A DNA stretch of 64,000 bases from positions 1,952,001-2,016,000 of the forward strand of contig OY759729.1 of the NCBI GenBank assembly GCA_963662585.1, given 5' to 3'. The position numbers were made by a program, and so were the translations under genes. Source of the DNA: Candidatus Cloacimonadales bacterium. Its GTDB lineage: Bacteria > Cloacimonadota > Cloacimonadia > Cloacimonadales > JAFGVF01. Below, piece after piece: positions 40,283-51,621 of this stretch. Each line of letters starts with the position of its first letter. Within the stretch, counting starts at the first letter, position 1. The notes beneath the pieces are model-generated. The model was not told the origin of the DNA. It made no database searches and saw only the letters and a program-made list of their open reading frames with translations.

Positions 40283-41356
40283 ATGGATATTCAAAGATTG
40301 ATAGATAATCATCTTAGGCGTAAATCATTATTATCTTATCTATTATCACCATTAGGTGTAATATATGCTAGTGTTCAAGGGCTAAGACGCTTCTTATACA
40401 GAAAGGGCTGGATAGAATCATATCAATCTAAGCTTAAAGTAATTAGCATCGGTAATATCGTCAGTGGGGGGGCCGGCAAGACTCCTTTTACAATTTATCT
40501 CTGTAAATTATTGCAAGCTCAAGGTAAGAAAGTTGTAGTTTCGCATCGAGGTTACAAAGGCGAGTATGAGGATAGTAATATCTTTATCTCTAATCAGGAA
40601 CAGATATTCGAAATTGCTTTAAAAGCGGGTGATGAACCTTTATTATTGGCTAGAAATCTACCTGGGATTCCCATAATTGTAGGGAGAGATAGAAGTCAGT
40701 CTCTCAAGTTAATAGAAGAAAAATATTCTGATACTGATTTTGTTTTATTAGATGATTCTTTTCAACATCTTAAGGTTAAGCATGATTATGATTTTGTCGT
40801 ATTTAATTCCGGATTTGGTATAGGTAATGGATTTGTATTACCTGCCGGTTTATTACGGGAATTCTTGTCTTCTGTAAAGTATGTCTCTGCAATAATCTGG
40901 AATCAGCTAGATGATAAACATATTCCTGCTGAATTATTAAATAGTGGGAAAGAAATCATTAAATTCTCTTATGAGCCTACCGGTTTGTATGATATTCATG
41001 ATCGCTTAGTAGATTTAACTGAGATTAATAGAGGACGAAATGCTTTGTTGTCAGGGATTGGTTATCCTGAAGGCTTTGAGAAAAGTGCTGGAGATTATGG
41101 GATTCTCTTTGATAGGCATTTTAAATTATCGGATCATTTTGATTATCAAGACCCTATGTTTAGAGAGAGAATAAGTACAGCAATAAGAGATTATCAGTTA
41201 AATAGTTTAATTATCACTGAGAAGGACTTCGTTAAACTTCAGCAATTACCTCCTTTCTCAGTACCTTATTATATTCTAAAAGTAAAGCTTCTTGCTAGTG
41301 ATGATTCTTTTATTTCTTCTCTTTTATTAGGTCCAGAAGTTGAGAATAATCATTAA
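40283..41356 (+). CDS. lpxK: Tetraacyldisaccharide 4'-kinase
   Basis: SIGNIVSGGAGKTP, HRGYKG, GDEP, LDDSFQH, LPAGLLRE and TEKDFVK. The start could also be 40259. Confidence 0.95.
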   Translation: MDIQRLIDNHLRRKSLLSYLLSPLGVIYASVQGLRRFLYRKGWIESYQSKLKVISIGNIVSGGAGKTPFTIYLCKLLQAQGKKVVVSHRGYKGEYEDSNIFISNQEQIFEIALKAGDEPLLLARNLPGIPIIVGRDRSQSLKLIEEKYSDTDFVLLDDSFQHLKVKHDYDFVVFNSGFGIGNGFVLPAGLLREFLSSVKYVSAIIWNQLDDKHIPAELLNSGKEIIKFSYEPTGLYDIHDRLVDLTEINRGRNALLSGIGYPEGFEKSAGDYGILFDRHFKLSDHFDYQDPMFRERISTAIRDYQLNSLIITEKDFVKLQQLPPFSVPYYILKVKLLASDDSFISSLLLGPEVENNH

Positions 41357-41942
41357 TATCGCTAAGTTTACCAGAGAAATCAGCACTATTTTTGTAGATT
41401 ATTCCTTGAAAACCTGCTCCATAGCCAGCTTGAACATCTAATAATCTATCACCGACAACAATAGTATTGGCTGGGTCTAAATTAAATTGCTTCTTTAAGA
41501 AGATGAAAGCATCTGGGTCAGGTTTTCTCTTAAAATCACAATCACCAGTAATGATATAAGAGAATAGATGAGTTATTCCTTTTTGATTTAAATGCTCAAT
41601 AAGAGAATCTTTTCCACGATGAGTAATGATATAGTTTTTTCCACCCTTTTCAAGTATATATTCAAGTGTTTCTAAAACATGAGGAAAGATTATTAGTGAT
41701 GAAATATCGTATTTAGCATATTCTTGGAGATATTCTTCAAAAAGTCTTTCGTAAGGTAGAGAACTCTTTTCTGAAATAAATTCTAAAGCATGACGAAGAG
41801 TAATTTTAGTCATCTTTAATACTTCATCATAGTCCATTATAACATTATTTCTTTTGGCTACTTGGTATGTTGAAGTTGCAATAGCTGGATAGGTATCCAT
41901 TATAGTTCCATCAAAATCCCAGATTATATTCTTTATTTTCAT
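41310..41942 (-). CDS. HAD-IA family hydrolase (phosphoglycolate phosphatase-like)
   Basis: WDFDGTIMDT, RKPDP and VGDRLLD; 47-bp convergent overlap with lpxK. Confidence 0.92.
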   Translation of the reverse strand: MKIKNIIWDFDGTIMDTYPAIATSTYQVAKRNNVIMDYDEVLKMTKITLRHALEFISEKSSLPYERLFEEYLQEYAKYDISSLIIFPHVLETLEYILEKGGKNYIITHRGKDSLIEHLNQKGITHLFSYIITGDCDFKRKPDPDAFIFLKKQFNLDPANTIVVGDRLLDVQAGYGAGFQGIIYKNSADFSGKLSDINDYSQLLDLIKEKK

Positions 41943-42040
41943 TAATACTCCATTATTATTTTGTTTACTAATAAAATACTAAGTCTTAAAGAACAATAAG
42001 CAAATTATTAAAGTTTAGTGTCTTATGTTAAGGGAAAGTT

Positions 42041-42646
42041 TTATAAGAATTGATAAATTAAAGTAATTAGTAAAGGAACTAAAATACTTAAAGTTACTCC
42101 ATTAAACATAGAAATAATGGCATTCTCTTTGTCAGTATATTTTATAATTACTGCCAGGGTGGTATCCATTGAAGTAGCCCCAGCACTGGCGATAGGAGCA
42201 AAGCTACCGAAGCATTTAATAATTATAGGAGCAAAAATCAAAGTTGCAATTTCACGGATTATATTACTTATTAGAGCTATTGCCCCTATCTCTTTAAATC
42301 CATATTGGGAAATCATCAGACTGGAGAGACTGTAATATCCTAATCCTGCTCCTAAACCTAAGCTATGCTTGAGGGAGATATCTGAGTAGAAAAGTCCGAG
42401 TAGCAAAGAACCTACTAGACTTCCAAGAGTTATCATTAAGGGTAAGAGGAATAGTTTCAGGTGATAGGTCTTGATTATTTTGAGAATACCTTCAGAACGG
42501 GAGATGGTTATCCCTATCCCAAAAACTAACAGATAGAGTAGATATTCCGAAATCTTATCGATATTTATCGATGAAGGGATTAATTGGAAAATACCTATCG
42601 CTATTCCTGCTAAGAAAATAAGAAGAAGTTTTAGGGAATTCCACAT
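42041..42646 (-). CDS. LysO/DUF340 family exporter, large subunit
   Basis: GLGYYSLS, NIIRE and GATSMDTTL. Confidence 0.88.
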   Translation of the reverse strand: MWNSLKLLLIFLAGIAIGIFQLIPSSINIDKISEYLLYLLVFGIGITISRSEGILKIIKTYHLKLFLLPLMITLGSLVGSLLLGLFYSDISLKHSLGLGAGLGYYSLSSLMISQYGFKEIGAIALISNIIREIATLIFAPIIIKCFGSFAPIASAGATSMDTTLAVIIKYTDKENAIISMFNGVTLSILVPLLITLIYQFL

Positions 42647-42918
42647 TATTTCTCCTTCTTAGGGAAAATATAGTAGAGAGGAAGTATAAATAAAATACTA
42701 CCTAAACTTGCGACTCCAGCAAATAGAACTCCCTTCAGACCTATTTGGGTCATATTATTTACTATATCAGAATTCTTTCCAATGGAAATACCCAGAAAAA
42801 GAAGGAGTAAATAGAGACTAACCGTAGTAAGAATCTCACTGTAAGAAAATATCTTGTGATATTTCTTACAAATTGTTCCAAGGACAACACCCAAAAAAAA
42901 TATTCCTATAACTATCAT
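42646..42918 (-). CDS. LysO/DUF340 family exporter, small subunit
   Basis: Three TM helices, LLLFLGISIG; translationally coupled to the downstream gene. Confidence 0.78.
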   Translation of the reverse strand: MIVIGIFFLGVVLGTICKKYHKIFSYSEILTTVSLYLLLLFLGISIGKNSDIVNNMTQIGLKGVLFAGVASLGSILFILPLYYIFPKKEK

Positions 42919-43033
42919 TTTATTCTACTCTTACATCTATTATTTATTAGCTTTAAGAAAAATAACTTTACAAATCTTGTCAATCAGCATTTTAGTGAAA
43001 TAAAATAAAACTTAAAAGATATCAAGAGAAAAT

Positions 43034-43648
43034 ATGAACATTGTATTATTTATAAAAGCATTTATTACAGGTATAATAACTTCTATGCCGTCAGGACCCA
43101 TTACTTTTTACGCCCTCCATAGAATTTTGGAGAAAGGTAGAAAGAACGGTTTAGCAGCAGGCTTAGGAAGTGCTACGGCTGACACTATTTTTGCTTTAAT
43201 AGCCTCTCTTGGAGTTATGCAAATTGATGAGTTTATTAGTAATCATAGTTTTGTTGTCAGGATTGTTAGTGCTTCAGTGCTAACGCTGCTGGGCTTGAGA
43301 ATATTGTTGAAAAAAACAGTTGGACAGCCAAAGAAACCTCCTAAACTTCATCATGAATTCAGAAATACTTTCCTAATTGCTATTATAAATCCCCCCACAA
43401 TCTTTGTCTTTTTGCAAATATTTATCCTATTCCACATAATTGTTGATCCACAAAAAAAGAGCTTTGATATCCCTACAGTCGTAGGCGGTATAATGTTAGG
43501 GTCAATTTCTTGGTGGATTGCTATGTCTTATATTGTCGGACATTTCAAAAAACTAATCTCTGATAATTTCCAGATAACTGTTAGGAGAGCTTCAGGTATT
43601 TTAATGATTATTATGGCATTAATAGCAGTTCTAGGTATCTTTAAATAG
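43034..43648 (+). CDS. LysE/RhtB family translocator
   Basis: MPSGP, GLAAGLGSATAD, NPPT and GSISWW. Confidence 0.88.
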   Translation: MNIVLFIKAFITGIITSMPSGPITFYALHRILEKGRKNGLAAGLGSATADTIFALIASLGVMQIDEFISNHSFVVRIVSASVLTLLGLRILLKKTVGQPKKPPKLHHEFRNTFLIAIINPPTIFVFLQIFILFHIIVDPQKKSFDIPTVVGGIMLGSISWWIAMSYIVGHFKKLISDNFQITVRRASGILMIIMALIAVLGIFK

Positions 43649-43687
43649 AAGTGAAGCTAAGAAATAAGAATGTGACCAAACCTCTTT

Positions 43688-44051
43688 AACTCCCCTCTTT
43701 AGTGATTAACTGGGGTTACGGACCTTTAGTCCGTGAATCTTAAATTCCCCGCTTTAGTGCTGAAGGCTGGAGTGCTAATTTCTAGCTCCAGAGGAGCTAT
43801 TTCTTGGTAGCACAAAGGCCACAACCTCAAAAAAATCGCTCCGTAGGTGCGAACACCCAACCATGGTTGGCTGCGAAGCAGACAGGGTGTTTTTAAAATC
43901 CCCATCCGTGAGGGGGACACAGGGGGTGTTTTCTTCTATGGAGTGGAAGCGTCTCTGCTTCCACATTAGACAATAATAAGATAACATTAGATTTTTATAA
44001 GGTTTTTCGCATGCAAGGGTGCATGCAATCCGACAGAAGAGGGATTATCAC
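43688..44051. repeat. Single rearranged copy of the 252-bp array modules with extra inserted palindromes
   Basis: Shares ATTAACTGGGGTTACGGACCTTTAGTCCGTGAAT, GGCTGCGAAGCAGAC, TATGGAGTGGAAGCGTCTCTGCTTCCA and CGCATGCAAGGGTGCATGCAATCCGACAGAAGAGGGATTATCAC with 9758-10784. Confidence 0.93.
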
Positions 44052-44122
44052 ACCTAATCTTTCCGACACCTATTTATTGCAAATAAACTACTAATTTGCA
44101 CAGATTTCATAAATTAAGAAAT

Positions 44123-44254
44123 ATCCAAATAATGTGATCGATTTTTTAGCAATTATTATTTTTCCTATTAAACCCTTTGAGTCTAAGCTAATGCTTAGCC
44201 CTCACAAGACAGGGTTACGCTATTATTGGCATACCATACACAGGTTCAATTTTT
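44123..44254 (-). repeat. ~130-bp dispersed nested-hairpin element (inverted relative to 51433-51564)
   Basis: The reverse complement of 44165-44220 matches 51467-51522 at 55/56 nt; the flanks are also similar. Confidence 0.92.
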
Positions 44255-44343
44255 CTTCGAAAAATGAGACCCTGGGCTAATCTATTTAATCCCTTGATGA
44301 TATTTTCTTAATTCGTGAAATTAGTGGATATATTCATCTTTCT

Positions 44344-44371
44344 TCAACTCTCAATTCTCAATTCTCAATTC
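44344..44371. repeat. Heptamer tandem repeat (TCAATTC)x4, first copy TCAACTC
   Basis: TCAACTC TCAATTC TCAATTC TCAATTC immediately 3' of the MerR-like gene. Confidence 0.85.
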
Positions 44372-44375
44372 AGAA

Positions 44376-44720
44376 TTACTGATGTTGCTTTACAGTTTCT
44401 TTAATATCCAGGATTAGTTTCTTAATATGTTTTAATTGTTCTTGTGGTGTTAAGGGTATCTCAACTTTTTCAACTATTGCTTTAGTCTCAATCCCATCAT
44501 GAAGAGCTTGCTTAGCACCTTTAATAGTGTACTTTTTATCATAGAGCAGATGCTTAATTAAGGAAATAGTCTCAAATTCTGCAGTAGAATAGCGTCTATT
44601 CCTTCCACTTTTTCTACTTCTTTTAATTTGAGGAAACTCAGTTTCCCAATACCTAATGACATAAGGTTTAATGTCTAAAAGTTTACTAACTTCTGTAATA
44701 GTATAATATAATTTTTCCAT
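44376..44720 (-). CDS. MerR family HTH transcriptional regulator
   Basis: KLYYTITEVS, YVIRYWETEF, GRNRRY and YTIKGAK. Confidence 0.92.
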   Translation of the reverse strand: MEKLYYTITEVSKLLDIKPYVIRYWETEFPQIKRSRKSGRNRRYSTAEFETISLIKHLLYDKKYTIKGAKQALHDGIETKAIVEKVEIPLTPQEQLKHIKKLILDIKETVKQHQ

Positions 44721-44752
44721 GATATCCTTAAAATGTACTTATTAAAACAATT

Positions 44753-46285
44753 TCATTTTTTATATTTGATTTTGGCAAGTAAAAAAATCAAAAGGGCACT
44801 AATTACGAAAAGGTATGGTAGCTTATAGAGGTAATAAGTGAAGAGAGATTTGCTCTTAGTAGTATAAACTGGGGCAGGATAATTAGCTACTTCATTGAGT
44901 CTAGAGTAGGTCTCAATTCTACCATTAGGTGAAACAACCATGGAATGTCCAGAGTTAGCTGAACGAATAATGGGGGTTCTTGTCTCAATGGCTCTAATTC
45001 TGGTCATCATTGCGTGTTGGTATGTCCCTATAGACTGTTTAAACCAAGCATCGTTAGTAAGATTAACAATGAAATCTACTCCTTCTCGAACCATTTGATT
45101 GGATATGTCTGGGAAGAGAATCTCATAGCATATTTGAGGAGAAAAAGTAAATTCTTTTCCTTCTTTATTCTTAATAGTATAAAACTTTAACTCTTTGCCA
45201 AATTCCCAATTGGCCTGTCCAAATTCTAATTTCCATAAGAAAGGAAAGAGATTTAAATAGGGCATTCTTTCTCCAATAGGAACTAAATATATTTTGTAAT
45301 ATGGCTCTTCAAACTCTAGTTCTGGGTATCTCAAAAGAGTTGCACTGTTATAATAATAAAGAGGGTAATGGTAGTCTGCAGGGGCTGGTAAACCATCGGT
45401 TGTTCCAAAAAAGATGTTTAGTTTGTTCTTTTTTGCTATTTTAATAAGTTCCTGGCCAACGCTATAATCATAAATCCTTAGAGGTAAGGCTGGGATTGAT
45501 GCTTCAGGCCAGATAAATAAATCTAAGTCTTCTAAGGATGCATAGTAGGATTGTTTTTCATATCGAGCAAGAATATCTTCCATGGGAAGTTCAAACTTAT
45601 TTATACCAATGGAAGGTTGCATCATTTTAATCTTTATATCTGCTAATTCTAAATCAAGGCTATTGTATCTAAGATATCCATAACCAAACCAAACAGTGAA
45701 AAGAATCAACATAAGATAAATTGCAGATTTAACACCTGATAGAAAACGATAGAGTAGTATGTTACTAAGCAAAAGGGCAAAAGATATTAAATGAATTCCA
45801 CCTATGTCTGCAATCTGTACCAAAAGATTAAAATTACTGAGAGCATAGCCAACATTTAACCAAGGAAACCTAAATTCTGTATGGAATAAGAAGAACTCGA
45901 AAGAAAGCCAAATTGAGATGAATCCAAGCCATTTTATCCATTCTTTCTTCTGCCACACTAGATTTAAATAGGCAAATACTCCCCAATAATAGAGAGCAAA
46001 AAGAATTATTATTCCAAGGACTCCAGGTAGTGTAACTAATCCGATCCAGTGATATGCAGTAAGGGTATTGATTAGAGAGAAGAGGGCTGCTCCTCTCATT
46101 AGTTCTAGGCTATTTTTCTTCCCACTATCAAAAAATCTGAAGAGAGGGATAAAGGCAATGAAAGCGAAAATACCCATACTTCCAGGGTATCTGCTTAATC
46201 CTAAGACTAGTGCTGAAATTGCAATAAGTAAGTATGGGGGTAAGCTTTTGGTATTATTATCATTATTCATAAAAACTTTTCTCAT
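44753..46285 (-). CDS. lnt: Apolipoprotein N-acyltransferase
   Basis: FPWLNVGY, IWPEAS, YYKIYLVPIGE, ICYE, TNDAWF and RSANSG. The start may be 15 nt downstream. Confidence 0.95.
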   Translation of the reverse strand: MRKVFMNNDNNTKSLPPYLLIAISALVLGLSRYPGSMGIFAFIAFIPLFRFFDSGKKNSLELMRGAALFSLINTLTAYHWIGLVTLPGVLGIIILFALYYWGVFAYLNLVWQKKEWIKWLGFISIWLSFEFFLFHTEFRFPWLNVGYALSNFNLLVQIADIGGIHLISFALLLSNILLYRFLSGVKSAIYLMLILFTVWFGYGYLRYNSLDLELADIKIKMMQPSIGINKFELPMEDILARYEKQSYYASLEDLDLFIWPEASIPALPLRIYDYSVGQELIKIAKKNKLNIFFGTTDGLPAPADYHYPLYYYNSATLLRYPELEFEEPYYKIYLVPIGERMPYLNLFPFLWKLEFGQANWEFGKELKFYTIKNKEGKEFTFSPQICYEILFPDISNQMVREGVDFIVNLTNDAWFKQSIGTYQHAMMTRIRAIETRTPIIRSANSGHSMVVSPNGRIETYSRLNEVANYPAPVYTTKSKSLFTYYLYKLPYLFVISALLIFLLAKIKYKK

Positions 46286-46288
46286 TAA

Positions 46289-47113
46289 TTATTGATTTTT
46301 ATATTTAAGGTTATAGATTAATACTTCATTTTGAGTATAAATTATCAGATTATTTTGTTTTAAGAACATTCCTTGTGGAATATTTTCAACAACTATGGCA
46401 GTAATAGGCTGACCGTTTAAGAAGATAAAATTATTATGTAAGGCTATGGTATTCTGATAATTATCTTTAACGGTTAAGTGAGGATAAGTCTCAAAAAATC
46501 CTCCCAAAGAATTATAAAAATCAGTTTGATCTTCAGAAGTCGTGATAGTTAGCTTATTGCCCATAAACCTGATTGCTTTAGGATTATCAATTTCGAACTT
46601 CCCGAATCTAATAAATTCTTGGTAAGTAAGTAGATTAAGGATTATTACCTCATGTTCATCCCCATCGTAAAGGTAGAGAGTATCATCGCTTCCTAAAGTG
46701 AATTTAGCAGGGTTAGAATATTCTTTAAGGGAAATAGAATTTCTAAAAGTACCATTTTTATCAAAGATAGATATTTTCTTTTGTAGATTGTCTAGTGCAA
46801 GCAAAGATTGGTTATCTGAAACTTCAATATCTGCCAGAAGCTGAAAAGAGGAACTATTATTTCCCTTGCCTCCAAACTTATTAATAAAGTTAAAATCTTT
46901 ATATACCCAAATATAATCTTTATTCATTTCCGAAACATATACTGTTCTTGAATTGCTTTCAAAAGCTACATCTTTAATTCTATAATTTACTGCTATATTA
47001 CCAATTTTAGTAAATTCTGTTATCTCAGCAAAGCTCTGTCTGTTTTGGCTACAAGCTACTCCTAAAAGAAGAGAAATAATAATTAAAAAAAAATATCTTT
47101 TAAACATATCCAC
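46289..47113 (-). CDS. Lipoprotein with NHL/6-bladed beta-propeller repeats
   Basis: Lipobox GVAC; KFGGKG..F..LADI..ALD..KISIFDKNG. Confidence 0.7.
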   Translation of the reverse strand: MDMFKRYFFLIIISLLLGVACSQNRQSFAEITEFTKIGNIAVNYRIKDVAFESNSRTVYVSEMNKDYIWVYKDFNFINKFGGKGNNSSSFQLLADIEVSDNQSLLALDNLQKKISIFDKNGTFRNSISLKEYSNPAKFTLGSDDTLYLYDGDEHEVIILNLLTYQEFIRFGKFEIDNPKAIRFMGNKLTITTSEDQTDFYNSLGGFFETYPHLTVKDNYQNTIALHNNFIFLNGQPITAIVVENIPQGMFLKQNNLIIYTQNEVLIYNLKYKNQ

Positions 47114-47117
47114 CTTA

Positions 47118-48836
47118 TTATCTGTTAACTTTTAAATCTAATAACTTGCCTTGGATAGTCATTTTCTTAAAGAAAGTATTTATCTCAACAGAATAGGCAA
47201 TATCCAAAGATGAGTTCTTTTTCAAAGAAGTTAAATAATCTCCTAAATTATATCCAATTAAGTCCAGCTCTACACCATCTTTAATTACCTTCAACTTTAG
47301 ATGATTTTTGCCGACAATATAAGGATAGGTGGAAACATTAACCTTTTCAGTATAGAAAACAGGTCTTCTATTACCTGAACCAAAGGGTGAGAACTTCTCA
47401 ATCCAAGCTAAAAAATTCTTATTAATATCATAAAGTTCTAAATGAGAATCTATAGAAATAGTATTTTGGATATTATGAGAATAAGGCTTGTCTTTAAGAT
47501 AGTCAGATAACCTGTTTTCAAAAATATCTATATATTCTTGGTATAAAGTTAAACCAACAGCATATTTATGACCACCAAAACTGATTAAATCCTCTTCATT
47601 ATCAGTAAGTGCTTGGAATAAATCTAAATCAGGGATAGATCTTCCTGAGCCTGATCCAACTCCATCTTTCACGGAAATCATAATTACTGGACGGTTAAAT
47701 TGCTCCACTAACTTAGAGGCTACAATCCCGATTACACCTTGGTGCCAACTATCTGAAGAGAGAACTATTAACACTGTTTCATCTATATTTTTATACTTCT
47801 TTTCAATAATATCAATAGCTTCTTTATAGGTCTTTTGGTCTTCTCTTTGCCTTAAAGAATTCTGATGTTCTATGTTCTCAGCTAATTCATTACTTTGCCT
47901 TTCATCATTGGAAACTAAGAGTTCTACAGCTACATCAGCACTTCCCATTCTACCAGCTGCATTGATTCTAGGAGCTAAACCAAAGACAATGTCAGAGGAG
48001 TTTAAAGTCTTCTGATTTAAATTGGAAAAGTCTATCAAAGCCTTGAGTCCTAAGTTTTTTTTCTCTATCAGATGAGTCAAACCTAAAGCTGAGAGAACTC
48101 TATTCTCTCCATCTAAAGGAACGATGTCGGCTATGGTTCCTAAAGCAACTAAATCTAAGTATTTAGCAATATTTTCTTCTGTGTCAATGCCTAATTTCAT
48201 ATAGATAGCTACTAAGAGTTTATAGGCAACGCCTACTCCTGCTAATTTAGGGAATGGATAACCTGAACCTTCAACTTTAGGATTAATAATAGCTAAGGCA
48301 TTGGGAAGTAATTCTTTGGGATTATGGTGATCTGTGATTATTATCTCCATTCCGTAAGCATGAATTTGTTCTACTTCATCAATAGCATTTATTCCACAAT
48401 CTACAGAGATTATCAGCTTTGTACCATTTTCTTGAATTTGTTCTAAACCGGATATAGACAGTCCATAACCATCTATCATTCTATGCGGAATATAATAATC
48501 AATAATTGCACCCAACTTGGTAAGTCCCAACAAAAGAACTGAAGTAGAAGTTGTTCCATCTACATCATAGTCACCATAGATAGTGATTTTTTCATTCTTT
48601 TCTATTGCCTCTAAAACCCTATTAACAGCTTTTTCCATATCTTTAAATAGATAAGGGTCATGAAGTTGACTAAGTGTCGGATTGAGAAATGACTCGATCT
48701 CTTCTGTAGTGTTTAGTCCTTTTTTTATTAAAAGCGTAGCAATAGAGCGAGGGCACTTCAATTGACTGGCAATCTGATTTCTAAGTTTCTTTTCTTTAAG
48801 GGTTAATTCAACCCCTATCTCCCATACATTATCCAT
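47118..48836 (-). CDS. recJ: Single-stranded-DNA-specific exonuclease RecJ
   Basis: YGDYDVDG, SVDCG, TDHH, GTIADIVPL, PRINAAGR, GSGRS and GGH. Confidence 0.97.
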   Translation of the reverse strand: MDNVWEIGVELTLKEKKLRNQIASQLKCPRSIATLLIKKGLNTTEEIESFLNPTLSQLHDPYLFKDMEKAVNRVLEAIEKNEKITIYGDYDVDGTTSTSVLLLGLTKLGAIIDYYIPHRMIDGYGLSISGLEQIQENGTKLIISVDCGINAIDEVEQIHAYGMEIIITDHHNPKELLPNALAIINPKVEGSGYPFPKLAGVGVAYKLLVAIYMKLGIDTEENIAKYLDLVALGTIADIVPLDGENRVLSALGLTHLIEKKNLGLKALIDFSNLNQKTLNSSDIVFGLAPRINAAGRMGSADVAVELLVSNDERQSNELAENIEHQNSLRQREDQKTYKEAIDIIEKKYKNIDETVLIVLSSDSWHQGVIGIVASKLVEQFNRPVIMISVKDGVGSGSGRSIPDLDLFQALTDNEEDLISFGGHKYAVGLTLYQEYIDIFENRLSDYLKDKPYSHNIQNTISIDSHLELYDINKNFLAWIEKFSPFGSGNRRPVFYTEKVNVSTYPYIVGKNHLKLKVIKDGVELDLIGYNLGDYLTSLKKNSSLDIAYSVEINTFFKKMTIQGKLLDLKVNR

Positions 48837-49297
48837 ATATATCCTTTTGTTAATCTCTTAAGTATTGCACCTCTATTAATAATTCTCCATTTTAATAGAC
48901 ATTTTCTCAAATGTATTTATATAGTTTATCATTTACTGATAGTATTTCAAAATTGTAAAGAAATTTCTTTGCTTTTTTATTAGTAGATATAAAAATAATC
49001 TTCATCAATAAGTACTTAAAGTAGTCTTTAATTCCTAAAAATCAAAGAGTTAGAAATGTAATAAGAGACTCCTTTATTTCTAAAAATATTACTTTAAAGT
49101 TAAATATCTCAGTGAAAATATAAAAAGAAATAATAAAAACTCAAATTTTTGAAACATTGAATGTAAGATCTCTTTCGCAAAATAGAAGTATTATCCCGAG
49201 CTAAGTTCTTTTCTAGTATTCACTAATTCAACAATCTTCTTGACTCAATCTATCTATCTAAGAAGATGGGATTTATAATAAAATACAAAAAAACTGA

Positions 49298-51410
<2,113 letters not shown>

Positions 51411-51432
51411 AAGAAATTAATAATTATTAATT

Positions 51433-51564
51433 AAAAATTGACCCTGGCTATGGCAAACCAATATTCGTGTAACCCTGTCTTGTGAGGGCTAAGCATTAGC
51501 TTAGACTCAAAGGGTTTAATAGAGGAAATAATAGTTACTAAAAAAGCGGTCAAATTATTTAGGA
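51433..51564 (+). repeat. ~130-bp dispersed nested-hairpin element (copy of 44123-44254, opposite orientation)
   Basis: AACCCTGTCTTGTGAGGGCTAAGCATTAGCTTAGACTCAAAGGGTT core. Confidence 0.92.
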
Positions 51565-51621
51565 CTGGACACTGAAAGAACAAATGAATGAAAAAGCAAA
51601 AGATTTAAAAAGGAGATAAAA

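Noticed and set aside
41310..41356. 47-bp convergent overlap of lpxK and HAD as a regulatory feature
   Set aside because: Short 3' overlaps are common and both proteins look complete; no further evidence.
42041..42918. Frameshifted lysO pseudogene
   Set aside because: The TAATG stop/start coupling with an upstream AGGAG RBS and two intact membrane proteins fit the known two-gene form.
43726..43987. Two short minus-strand ORFs (64 and 70 aa)
   Set aside because: They lie entirely within the repeat mosaic; chance ORFs in GC-richer palindromic DNA.
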